Source: Patescibacteria group bacterium
Lineage (GTDB): Bacteria > Patescibacteriota > Patescibacteriia > Patescibacteriales > UBA12465
Assembly (NCBI GenBank): GCA_041671365.1
Contig: JBAZBP010000001.1
Span: 182,459-233,996 of the forward strand
DNA: 51,538 nt
Reading direction: 5' to 3'
A program made the position numbers and the translations under genes. Under the pieces are notes generated by a model, which was not told the origin of the DNA, ran no database searches, and saw nothing but the letters and a program-made list of their open reading frames with translations. Numbering within the stretch: position 1 is the first letter of the stretch; the number at the start of each line of letters is the position of its first letter. Below are positions 8,116 to 16,267 of this stretch, piece after piece.

Positions 8116-9075
8116 TTATTTGATTAGATTTCTGTGACCATTCATAAATTCGTATCCGGTCGTCGCGTCTTTTCCCTCAATTTGTAAGCTTAATATAATT
8201 AAAGCATCTTGTCCACACTGGAGACCAAGTTGGTTATTATATTTAAAAAATTGGCCAGCTTCGGCAAAGTTTCCGGCTAAAACTTTTTTTTCAGTTTGTA
8301 AAATTTTAATTTTTTTCTTCTTTATCCCATCGATAGTTAAATTAAACCAAGTTCCCGGCCAAACATAAAAAGCGCGCGTCATTTTTTCGATTTGGCTGGC
8401 TGATTTATTAAAATCAATTTGCCCGTCTTCTTTCTTAATCATTTTAACATAGGTAGCCTCAGATTCATTTTGTTCTTGTTCTTTAATATCTCCAGCCAAA
8501 TATTCATTTAAAACAGGAATCAAAATTTCGGCACTCAGAGCGCTAAGCTTGTTGTTAATGGTGATAATATTCTCATCAAAGCTTAAATCAATTTTAGCTT
8601 GTTTTAAAATCGGTCCGGTGTCTAATCTGGCGTTCATTTTCATAATCGTTACCCCGCTTTCTTTATCGCCGTTTAGAATGGGAGCCTGCAAACAGGCAGA
8701 CCCGCGATATTTAGGGAGCAGGGAGCCATGAATATTAATACAACCATATTTAGGAATATCTAAAATATTTTGAGGGATAAGGTGGCCATAAGCGACGACG
8801 ATAATTAAGTCGGGTGCAATGTTTTTGATTACACTTTCCGTTTCCTTTATTTTTATGGGCTGATAGAAAGGTAAATTAAAATTTAGGGCTATTTTTTTAA
8901 TCGGAGGTGCGCTAATAGTTTGTTTGCGACCGATTTTTTCGTCCGGATTGGTAAAAATTGCTTTTATCTCAAAGTTATCGGCGGAAATTAAGCTCAACAG
9001 GGGTTTAGTCGCAAACTCCGGCGTTCCCATAAAGATTAGTTTAATTTTTTTATTTTGGGAATTTTCGTTAGTCAT
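8116..9075 (-). CDS. fmt: Methionyl-tRNA formyltransferase
   Basis: IFMGTPEFA N-terminus and the HGSLLPKYRG formyltransferase motif. Confidence 0.9.
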   Translation of the reverse strand: MTNENSQNKKIKLIFMGTPEFATKPLLSLISADNFEIKAIFTNPDEKIGRKQTISAPPIKKIALNFNLPFYQPIKIKETESVIKNIAPDLIIVVAYGHLIPQNILDIPKYGCINIHGSLLPKYRGSACLQAPILNGDKESGVTIMKMNARLDTGPILKQAKIDLSFDENIITINNKLSALSAEILIPVLNEYLAGDIKEQEQNESEATYVKMIKKEDGQIDFNKSASQIEKMTRAFYVWPGTWFNLTIDGIKKKKIKILQTEKKVLAGNFAEAGQFFKYNNQLGLQCGQDALIILSLQIEGKDATTGYEFMNGHRNLIK

Positions 9076-9138
9076 ATTGAGTAGACAATTTAATAGGATG
9101 AATGATATGATAAAAAAGTAATTTAGACATTTTTAATT

Positions 9139-9750
9139 ATGTGGACGCCAATTATTAATTGGATTTTAACGATAACGCAGGGATTAGGGTATTCCGGTAT
9201 TATTGTTTTAATGGCGATTGAGAGTTCTTTTTTGCCCTTACCATCGGAACTTATTATACCCCCAGCCGCTTATTTAGCTAGCCAAGGTAAAATGAGTTTA
9301 GTTTTAATTATTATCACCGGTACCCTCGGTAGTGTTTTAGGGGCTACTATTAATTACTTATTATCTCGATCTCTCGGGCGCTTGGTTATTTATAAATTGG
9401 CGGCTAAACCTTGGGCTCGTTGGTTTCTGATTACACCAGAAAAAATTTCTCAAGCGGAACAATATTTTTTGAGCAATTCCCGGTCGGCAACTTTTTTTGG
9501 GAGATTAATTCCCGTTGTTCGACATTTGGTTTCTATACCCGCCGGATTTTCTAAAATGGCTTATGGTGGTTTTGTCGCTTATACTGCCGCCGGGGCGCTT
9601 ATCTGGGTTAGTATTTTAACCGGACTTGGTTATTTCATTGGGTCTAATCAGGCGTTACTAGAACGATATTATCGGCAAATTTCTTGGGGATTGTTAATTT
9701 TAGGAATAACTTGGATTGTTGGAAAAGTTTATAATAAGCGAAAGAAATAG
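9139..9750 (+). CDS. DedA/VTT-domain family membrane protein
   Basis: ESSFLPLPSELI motif, RLIPVVRHLVSIPAG motif, and multiple TM helices. Confidence 0.8.
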   Translation: MWTPIINWILTITQGLGYSGIIVLMAIESSFLPLPSELIIPPAAYLASQGKMSLVLIIITGTLGSVLGATINYLLSRSLGRLVIYKLAAKPWARWFLITPEKISQAEQYFLSNSRSATFFGRLIPVVRHLVSIPAGFSKMAYGGFVAYTAAGALIWVSILTGLGYFIGSNQALLERYYRQISWGLLILGITWIVGKVYNKRKK

Positions 9751-9793
9751 TAAATACCCAAAAAACTGGGAGTGAAAAAATATTTGAATACTA

Positions 9794-10267
9794 TTATTTT
9801 TTCGCAATTTTATCAATAAATAATATACCATCCAAGTGGTCAACCTCGTGTTGGATAACGCGGGCGAGCATTTTATCGGCCTTTAATTTAGTTTTAAGGC
9901 CTTTTTTGTTCCAGTAGACACAATTAATTTTTTTATAACGCTCGACAAGAGCATAGATAATTTCTCCTTGATCATTTAAGACTGAGAGGCAACCCTCTTC
10001 TGCGATTTCTCGCGCCCAGGACTTTTTAGTAATTTGCGGGTTAATTAAAAATAAAGTTTTTTTACCGTCAGAAACAACTAAAGCGCGAATATTCTGGCCG
10101 ATTTGCGGTGCCGCCAAGCCGGCGCCGTCCTTTTTGATCATCGTTTCCTCCATGTCTAAGAGTAGCTCCTGAAATTCTCGGCTATTAATTTTGTCGGCCG
10201 AAATTTCTAGTGATTTCTTTCTTAATATCGGGTTGGGATTGGTAATTATTGGTAGTTGTTTGGGCAT
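9794..10267 (-). CDS. def: Peptide deformylase
   Basis: GAGLAAPQIG, EGCLS and HEVDHLDG, the three PDF motifs. Confidence 0.93.
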   Translation of the reverse strand: MPKQLPIITNPNPILRKKSLEISADKINSREFQELLLDMEETMIKKDGAGLAAPQIGQNIRALVVSDGKKTLFLINPQITKKSWAREIAEEGCLSVLNDQGEIIYALVERYKKINCVYWNKKGLKTKLKADKMLARVIQHEVDHLDGILFIDKIAKK

Positions 10268-10301
10268 ATATATAATTTCCGTTGTTAGTCAGAAATGATT
10301 T

Positions 10302-10547
10302 TTATTTTTGATCGATTATTTTGAAAAAATATTTCCATTTGGCTCCGCTTTTGCATAATTCCTTGGTATCGTTTAAAGCTAATTCAATTTTGTAGCCGGG
10401 GTTCTCTTTACAAACTTTAAAAATAGCGCCGCGCTTGAAACCGGGGATGGCTAATTCTTTAATAACGCGTAGAGCTAAGTCTTGCCAGGGGTAACTGGGC
10501 GCTTTAATAGTTTTTTTATATTTTATAATGTCCGCTAATGATTCCAT
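10302..10547 (-). CDS. Hypothetical small protein (81 aa)
   Basis: Intact ORF co-oriented with its neighbours. I recognise no motif. Confidence 0.4.
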   Translation of the reverse strand: MESLADIIKYKKTIKAPSYPWQDLALRVIKELAIPGFKRGAIFKVCKENPGYKIELALNDTKELCKSGAKWKYFFKIIDQK

Positions 10548-10567
10548 ATAGTAGGCGACAACTTATT

Positions 10568-11389
10568 TTAGGAAGTAGTTTTAGTTGGCAGCGTGAAATT
10601 AAAATTCATACTCAAATAACCAATACCAAAATCGGTTTGATAGGCCAGGACTTGCGATTGCCAAGTCAGATTATTTAACATTCCCAGAATAATTGTTAAT
10701 GGTTTGAGGCCGCATTCATTCGCTGCTTTAATTAAATTTTGATCAATTTTTATGATATTTTCTACAGCCGTTAGCGGTTCACTTAAATATTCAATTAGTT
10801 TATTATCAAATTTAGCGCCTTTAGGCGAATATCCGCCCGGTGATTTTTTTTTGAGTCGATGTGATAAGTCGCCGGAAGCAATAACGGCGATATTTTTATC
10901 GCTTTTAAATATAACAGCTTGCAATCTTTCTCCGAATTTTATTTGTTCGGCGAGCGACAAATCGGTCGCCGGGGAAATGAGTAATATTTTAAAATTGGGA
11001 AGACTATTTTTTAGTAGATACAAAGGAACAGCACTGCCGCTATCTATAATACTTTCGGAAATTAATTGTAGCGGGAAGTCTGGACGCAAGGCGGCCTGGA
11101 TCTGATCGGCCAATAGGGCGTCTCCGTTTAAAATAGTTTTAGGCGGTATAAAACCAAAATCTTGAAAATTTATTTCCATTTCTGGAGCAACGCTCAGGGT
11201 AAAAGAAGCGGTCTGCGTCGGGCCGTGCGGACTGACTATAATAACGGTGTCAACTTCTTTGGTTTTTAATTCGATTATTATTTGTTCATAGGCGGCCGTC
11301 GTTTTGGCTAAAAAATTATAATTAGCCCGGCCGATTTCTGGTATCAGCAAGGGTGAATGAGGAAGCAAGGCAATAGTAGTTAAAGACAT
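10568..11389 (-). CDS. Class III extradiol dioxygenase / MEMO-like (LigB superfamily) protein
   Basis: LLPHSPLL N-terminus, VSPHGP, and SGDLSHRL histidine motifs, typical of the LigB/MEMO fold. Confidence 0.5.
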   Translation of the reverse strand: MSLTTIALLPHSPLLIPEIGRANYNFLAKTTAAYEQIIIELKTKEVDTVIIVSPHGPTQTASFTLSVAPEMEINFQDFGFIPPKTILNGDALLADQIQAALRPDFPLQLISESIIDSGSAVPLYLLKNSLPNFKILLISPATDLSLAEQIKFGERLQAVIFKSDKNIAVIASGDLSHRLKKKSPGGYSPKGAKFDNKLIEYLSEPLTAVENIIKIDQNLIKAANECGLKPLTIILGMLNNLTWQSQVLAYQTDFGIGYLSMNFNFTLPTKTTS

Positions 11390-11401
11390 AGATTTGGAAA
11401 T

Positions 11402-12928
11402 TTACTCGATTGGGGCCCCTTTGTCATAATTATATAGGAATTGCGAGGAAACGGCGATGACATTATCGTAGTTATAGCCGAGTCCGGTAAAGACAACGTC
11501 GTCAGCAAACGGTCGTTTTTTACCATCGGAAATTAAATAAATCGTAGGGAAGCTCGTTGTTCTAACCAGAGTTCCTTCATTCAACAGAATCGGCGTCGTG
11601 GTGGCATAATTATTTAATTCTTTGGCTGTAGTTTTTATAATTTTTTGGTAAGAAAATTTTATCGGTAAGAGAATTTTATCGACTAAGGCCTTAGTATTGT
11701 TTTGGATATAATAAATATCTCCGGTTTTATTGTCTTGCAATAAGGCACCAGTGATATAGGTAGAGGTTGCGGTAATGGTTGAACCTGTTTGATAGCCGGC
11801 CAAATCGGTCAAACTCGCTGCTTCTATTTCGGCGGGGTTAAAACCGATTTTTTTAAAGACCTCGCTGCTCGCAAATGGTCTTTTCTGTTTGTCTACTAAT
11901 AAAAAAATAGTTTTATCCGGAATTTGGACAACCGAGTAATTAGCGAACTTGATGTCATCACCGGTGGGGTAATTATCTAAGTCACTGCTAGTTACGGTAA
12001 CTACTTGATCGGGATTAAAACGGGAAGTAAAGGCAGACCAATTAGTGAAATGGCGTTTCCGACCATTTTCAATTAGCCAGATTCGAGGGTCTCCTTGCGC
12101 TTGGATTATTGAACCATTGGGGTAAAGCCGGGAAATTTTAGGAAAGTAGCGATTCCAGAGTTGATAGAAATTATAGTTACCGTTAAAAATATGCGGAGTA
12201 TAGCTATATAGAGCCGCCGTGGCTTGATTTTGCGGTATAACACTGACCATATCGGGAGAGCTTATAATATCGTTATAATTACCAGATGATATGGCCTCGG
12301 CGGGCGTCTTTAAAGGGCTGTATTTATCTTTAGCAATATAAGTTTGACCGGCTTTTTTATAATATGGTTGCGGTTCATTCATGTAGGCTAGAAATTGTAA
12401 GGCCGCGCTGTTTACTTGCTTACCAAAACCCTTATAGTAGGGATTACAGACCCAGCTGTCCGGGCAACCGTAACCGGTGGCCCAATCGAGATGAGTTTGT
12501 GAGGGGTTGCTGTCTTCGATTAGACTTTCTTCTTTTTGCAGCAAGACAAGAATAAGTTTTGGATTGACCGTAGTAATATGGCGACATTTAGCAGATTTTT
12601 CTGCTTCAGTCGGGGAAGCGCTTAGGGTTACGCCGTCGCAATCAAAGTTATTATTAGTAGCATCGTAGATAATTTGAGACGCTGATTTTAACACTCCATT
12701 CGTGCTGGTGACTATATAGTTAGCCAGGAAACTGCCTTTGTTCTGTAAAAAATTTTGAATATCTGTCAAATTCATGGAGCTATAATTTAGCAGCTCGCCG
12801 TCCTCTATTATTTTATTGGGATTAAAGTCGGGATCAATAATTTGTTGCGCCCAAGAAAGCCGTGGAAAAAATATTCCGGGCAAGAAAAAAAATGATATTA
12901 CGATAATACTAATTTTTTGATATTTCAT
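11402..12928 (-). CDS. Secreted repeat protein (cell-surface, unknown function)
   Basis: Signal peptide. At least three C-terminal repeats of the pattern I(W/F/Y)L(I/V)..G(K/R)KR(H/P)F....F...G(F/Y)N. Confidence 0.45.
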   Translation of the reverse strand: MKYQKISIIVISFFFLPGIFFPRLSWAQQIIDPDFNPNKIIEDGELLNYSSMNLTDIQNFLQNKGSFLANYIVTSTNGVLKSASQIIYDATNNNFDCDGVTLSASPTEAEKSAKCRHITTVNPKLILVLLQKEESLIEDSNPSQTHLDWATGYGCPDSWVCNPYYKGFGKQVNSAALQFLAYMNEPQPYYKKAGQTYIAKDKYSPLKTPAEAISSGNYNDIISSPDMVSVIPQNQATAALYSYTPHIFNGNYNFYQLWNRYFPKISRLYPNGSIIQAQGDPRIWLIENGRKRHFTNWSAFTSRFNPDQVVTVTSSDLDNYPTGDDIKFANYSVVQIPDKTIFLLVDKQKRPFASSEVFKKIGFNPAEIEAASLTDLAGYQTGSTITATSTYITGALLQDNKTGDIYYIQNNTKALVDKILLPIKFSYQKIIKTTAKELNNYATTTPILLNEGTLVRTTSFPTIYLISDGKKRPFADDVVFTGLGYNYDNVIAVSSQFLYNYDKGAPIE

Positions 12929-12987
12929 TTTTACATTATAATCTATTTTTAGCTGTTCGACAAAGACCAGCCGTTAGGATTTAAAAA

Positions 12988-15627
12988 TTATTCATTAATT
13001 CTTAAAATAACGGCCTCCTTTTCGCCTAGATTAATTTTTACTTTATCGCCCTCTTTAATTTTACCGGCAATAATTTCTCCGGCCAATTCGTCTAAAATCA
13101 TGGTTTGAATAACGCGTTTCAGCGGGCGAGCGCCATAGGTAATGTCATAGCCCTTTTCGGCCAGCAGTTTTTTAATTTTTGGACTGATTTTAACGGCAAT
13201 ATTTTTATTATTTAATCTTTTTTCGACTTTTAAAATTTCTAAATCTACGATTTTTTCTAAAGCTTGAGCGCTTAGACTCTGAAATAGTACAATTTCATCG
13301 ATTCTGTTAAGAAATTCTAGTTTGAAATGATTTTTTAATATTTTATCTATTTTTTCTTGCATTTCTTCATTGCGCATTTTGATCGTTTCAGTTCTGTCTC
13401 CGGTGTCGGAAAAACCGATGGAATATTGTTTGATGATTTCATTGCCCAGGTTGGAGGTCATAATAACTATAGTATTTTTGAAATTTATTACTCGACCCTT
13501 GGAGTCGGTCAGGCGTCCGTCATCTAAAATTTGAAGTAGCATATTGAACATATCGGGATGAGCTTTTTCAATTTCGTCAAACAAGACGACGCTGTAAGGG
13601 TGGCGCCGGACCTTATCGGTTAACTGTCCTCCTTCGTCGTAGCCGACATAACCGGGAGGTGATCCGATTAATTTAGCCACGGAATGTTTTTCCATAAATT
13701 CGCTCATATCCAAACGAATCAGAGCCTTTTCATCGTCAAAAATAAAGCGAGCCAGAGCTTTAGCCAGTTCGGTTTTGCCGACGCCCGATGGGCCGACAAA
13801 CAAAAATGAACCGATAGGTTTTTTCTCTTCGTTAATGCCAGCTCGGCTACGCCGCAAAGCATTAGCGACCGCTTTAATTGCCGGGTCTTGGCCGACGACC
13901 TCTTTATTTAGTTCACTTTCGGCATCACTCAGCTTTTTCATTTCATCTTGGAGCATGCGATTGACCGGAATACCCGTCCAACGAGCGACCACCTTGGCAA
14001 TATCTTCTTCATCTACCTCTTCTTTTAATATTCGTTGCCCTTTGTTTTGAATTTTTAGCAGTTCTTCTTGCAGTTTTTTAATTTTATTTTCTAATTCAGG
14101 AATTAAGCCGTATTTAATTTTAGCTACTTCAGTTAAGTCTGCTCCTTGACGTTGAGAAATTTCTCCTTTAATTTTTAAATCTTCAATTTCTTTTTTAGAA
14201 TTACGAATTTGAGAAATAATATTTTTTTCATTATTCCAGTGTAGTTCTAATTGATTAGCTTTCTCTTTAAGTTTAGCCAGCTCGGCGTTTAATGGTCGAA
14301 GTTTAGGTGATTTTTTATCAGTCGTCGCCAGTCCGGCTTTATTTAGTTCCAGTTGCTTTATTTGACGCTTTAGTTGGTCTAACTCGTCCGGCATAGAGTC
14401 TATTTCCATGCGTAGAGAAGAAGTGGCTTCGTCGATCAGATCGACCGCCTTGTCAGGCAGAAAACGATCACTGATATAACGATTAGATAATTTAGCCGCC
14501 GCGATTAGAGCATTGTCGGTAATACGAACACCATGATGAACTTCATATTTTTCTTTCAGGCCGCGTAACATGCTGATAGTATCATCGACACTGGGCTCGC
14601 TGACGTAAATTGGTTGGAAGCGGCGTTCCAGGGCGGCATCTTTTTCGATATATTTTTGGTATTCCTTGGTCGTAGTGGCACCGATAGTCCGTAATTCGCC
14701 GCGGGCCAGAGCGGGCTTTAACATATTAGAAGCGTCCACCGACCCTTCAGAATTGCCGGCGCCGATTAAAGTATGCAGTTCGTCGATAAATAAAATTATG
14801 CGGCCGCTCTGTGATTTTACTTCCTTTAAGACCGCTTTAAGTCGATCTTCAAATTCTCCTCGGAATTTAGCGCCGGCCACTAGAGCCCCTAAGTCTAAAG
14901 TAACAATTTCTTTATTTTTTAAATTATCAGGAACATCACCGGCGATAATTCGCTGAGCCAAACCTTCTACAATCGCAGTTTTACCGGTGCCGGCTTCACC
15001 GATTAAAACCGGATTATTTTTAGTGCGGCGCAATAAAACCTGCATAATGCGACGAATTTCTTGGTCACGACCGACGACCGGGTCTAATTTTTCTTGTCGA
15101 GCTAGTTCGGTTAAATTAGTGGTATATTTTTCTAGCACCTTATATTTATTTTCCGGAAAAGGATCATTAATAGTTTGCGAACCGCGTAAATCTTTTAAAA
15201 TATTTTTGACCGTTTGATATTCTACTTTAAAATTCAATAAAACACTTTGAGCCGGAGAGGGAACGCCGATAAGTGCCAATAGAATATGTTCCGTAGAAAT
15301 AAACTCGTCATTCATGCCGTCCGCCTCTTTTTGCGCTCGTTCTAGAATTAAGGCCGTTTCCGCAGTGCCGGAAACTGCTTGGACCGGTCCGGAGCTCGGG
15401 TTTATTTTTAGACGCGGTAATTTTTTTATTTCTCTGATAGTAAATTCTTCTATTATTTCCGGATCAATCTTCATTTTTTCTAAAATTGGCTTAATCAAAC
15501 TTTCGTTCTGTTGCAGTAAGGCCAACATAATATGAAGCGCTTCAATATTCGCTTGGCCGTAGGTGGACGCGATAATTTGCGCGTTAATAATGGCTTCTTG
15601 TGATTTGTCGGTAAATTTATTGAACAT
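12988..15627 (-). CDS. clpB: Chaperone ClpB (Hsp100 disaggregase)
   Basis: 879 aa. Both Walker A motifs are intact ([15 protein letters not shown] and [12 protein letters not shown]). Walker B motifs are ILFIDELH and [11 protein letters not shown] long coiled-coil middle domain is present. Confidence 0.93.
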   Translation of the reverse strand: MFNKFTDKSQEAIINAQIIASTYGQANIEALHIMLALLQQNESLIKPILEKMKIDPEIIEEFTIREIKKLPRLKINPSSGPVQAVSGTAETALILERAQKEADGMNDEFISTEHILLALIGVPSPAQSVLLNFKVEYQTVKNILKDLRGSQTINDPFPENKYKVLEKYTTNLTELARQEKLDPVVGRDQEIRRIMQVLLRRTKNNPVLIGEAGTGKTAIVEGLAQRIIAGDVPDNLKNKEIVTLDLGALVAGAKFRGEFEDRLKAVLKEVKSQSGRIILFIDELHTLIGAGNSEGSVDASNMLKPALARGELRTIGATTTKEYQKYIEKDAALERRFQPIYVSEPSVDDTISMLRGLKEKYEVHHGVRITDNALIAAAKLSNRYISDRFLPDKAVDLIDEATSSLRMEIDSMPDELDQLKRQIKQLELNKAGLATTDKKSPKLRPLNAELAKLKEKANQLELHWNNEKNIISQIRNSKKEIEDLKIKGEISQRQGADLTEVAKIKYGLIPELENKIKKLQEELLKIQNKGQRILKEEVDEEDIAKVVARWTGIPVNRMLQDEMKKLSDAESELNKEVVGQDPAIKAVANALRRSRAGINEEKKPIGSFLFVGPSGVGKTELAKALARFIFDDEKALIRLDMSEFMEKHSVAKLIGSPPGYVGYDEGGQLTDKVRRHPYSVVLFDEIEKAHPDMFNMLLQILDDGRLTDSKGRVINFKNTIVIMTSNLGNEIIKQYSIGFSDTGDRTETIKMRNEEMQEKIDKILKNHFKLEFLNRIDEIVLFQSLSAQALEKIVDLEILKVEKRLNNKNIAVKISPKIKKLLAEKGYDITYGARPLKRVIQTMILDELAGEIIAGKIKEGDKVKINLGEKEAVILRINE

Positions 15628-15637
15628 ATATTTAGTA

Positions 15638-15742
15638 ATATAAGTGAAGAATATTTATCTTTCTGGCTGCGGAACTCGCCCACCTCACACGGTGGGCTCA
15701 GACAGTCCTCGCTGGCGAAAGCTGAATATTCTTCACTTATAT
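15638..15742. repeat. 105-bp inverted-repeat element with GC-rich core inside the clpB 5' leader
   Basis: Perfect 18-bp arms ATATAAGTGAAGAATATT (15638-15655) and AATATTCTTCACTTATAT (15725-15742). They flank a 69-nt GC-rich core with an inner hairpin CCCACC..GGTGGG. Confidence 0.7.
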
Positions 15743-15745
15743 CTG

Positions 15746-15772
15746 TTAGCACTCTTATTAGTAGAGTGCTAA
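15746..15772. promoter_or_regulatory. CIRCE operator (HrcA binding site)
   Basis: TTAGCACTC-TTATTAGTA-GAGTGCTAA is an exact match to the CIRCE consensus TTAGCACTC-N9-GAGTGCTAA. Confidence 0.85.
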
Positions 15773-15777
15773 TTTAT

Positions 15778-15806
15778 ATCATAATATAAGAATAATTAGT
15801 TGTCAA
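15778..15806 (-). promoter_or_regulatory. sigma70-type promoter of clpB
   Basis: On the minus strand: TTGACA (15806-15801), 17-nt spacer, TATGAT (15783-15778). CIRCE begins 5 nt downstream of the -10. Confidence 0.6.
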
Positions 15807-15866
15807 TTGAGACAAAGATATGTTATGATATAAAAATTAAGAGGTCGATTTTTATTTTTATTTTTT

Positions 15867-16235
15867 ATGATCGATCATAATTTTTTAACTTATAGCGGTA
15901 AAATTATTCTCCAAATTTTAGGAGAAATTTTGTATTTTCCTCTGTGGTGGTATAGTGTTGGTTTTTTTCGATTGTTAGTTTCTCTCTGGAAATTTTGGCG
16001 TAATTTGGAGAAAATTCTCGGGTTCAGCGTCTGGGTTAAAAATATTTTTGTACCCATGTACGGTCAACGCGATTTTGCCAGTCGGCTTATTAGCTTTGTA
16101 ATGCGTAGTGTTCAGATAGTAGTACGCGGGCTCGGACTTTTATTTTTTTTGTTGCCATTACTGGCAATCTTGATTTTGTGGTTGGTTTTTCCGATTTTTT
16201 TAGTCTATGCTTTGTTTTTTCAGTTTTTTAGGTAA
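15867..16235 (+). CDS. Small polytopic membrane protein (122 aa)
   Basis: Three to four hydrophobic helices. Sits directly upstream of, and co-oriented with, the membrane-anchored Clp-like gene. Confidence 0.5.
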   Translation: MIDHNFLTYSGKIILQILGEILYFPLWWYSVGFFRLLVSLWKFWRNLEKILGFSVWVKNIFVPMYGQRDFASRLISFVMRSVQIVVRGLGLLFFLLPLLAILILWLVFPIFLVYALFFQFFR

Positions 16236-16267
16236 ACTATAGATTTAATCAAAATTAGCGTTTAAGT

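Noticed and set aside
13775-15535. Four plus-strand ORFs (73-96 aa) antisense to clpB. Similar antisense or alternate-frame ORFs lie inside galU, dnaB, recR, fmt, the LigB-like gene, the Clp-like gene, gyrB, the iPGM-like gene (28447-28851), the PAP2 gene (29127-29348), and at 44493-44849 and 44918-45157.
   Set aside because: All lie entirely within, or opposite to, long ORFs with clear family signatures. They have low-complexity Ser/Arg/Leu-rich translations and lack start context.
15495-15752. 85-aa minus-strand ORF overlapping the clpB start, the inverted-repeat element and the edge of CIRCE.
   Set aside because: It is out of frame with the strongly supported clpB start at 15627. It spans regulatory and repeat DNA and has no RBS, so it is most likely spurious.
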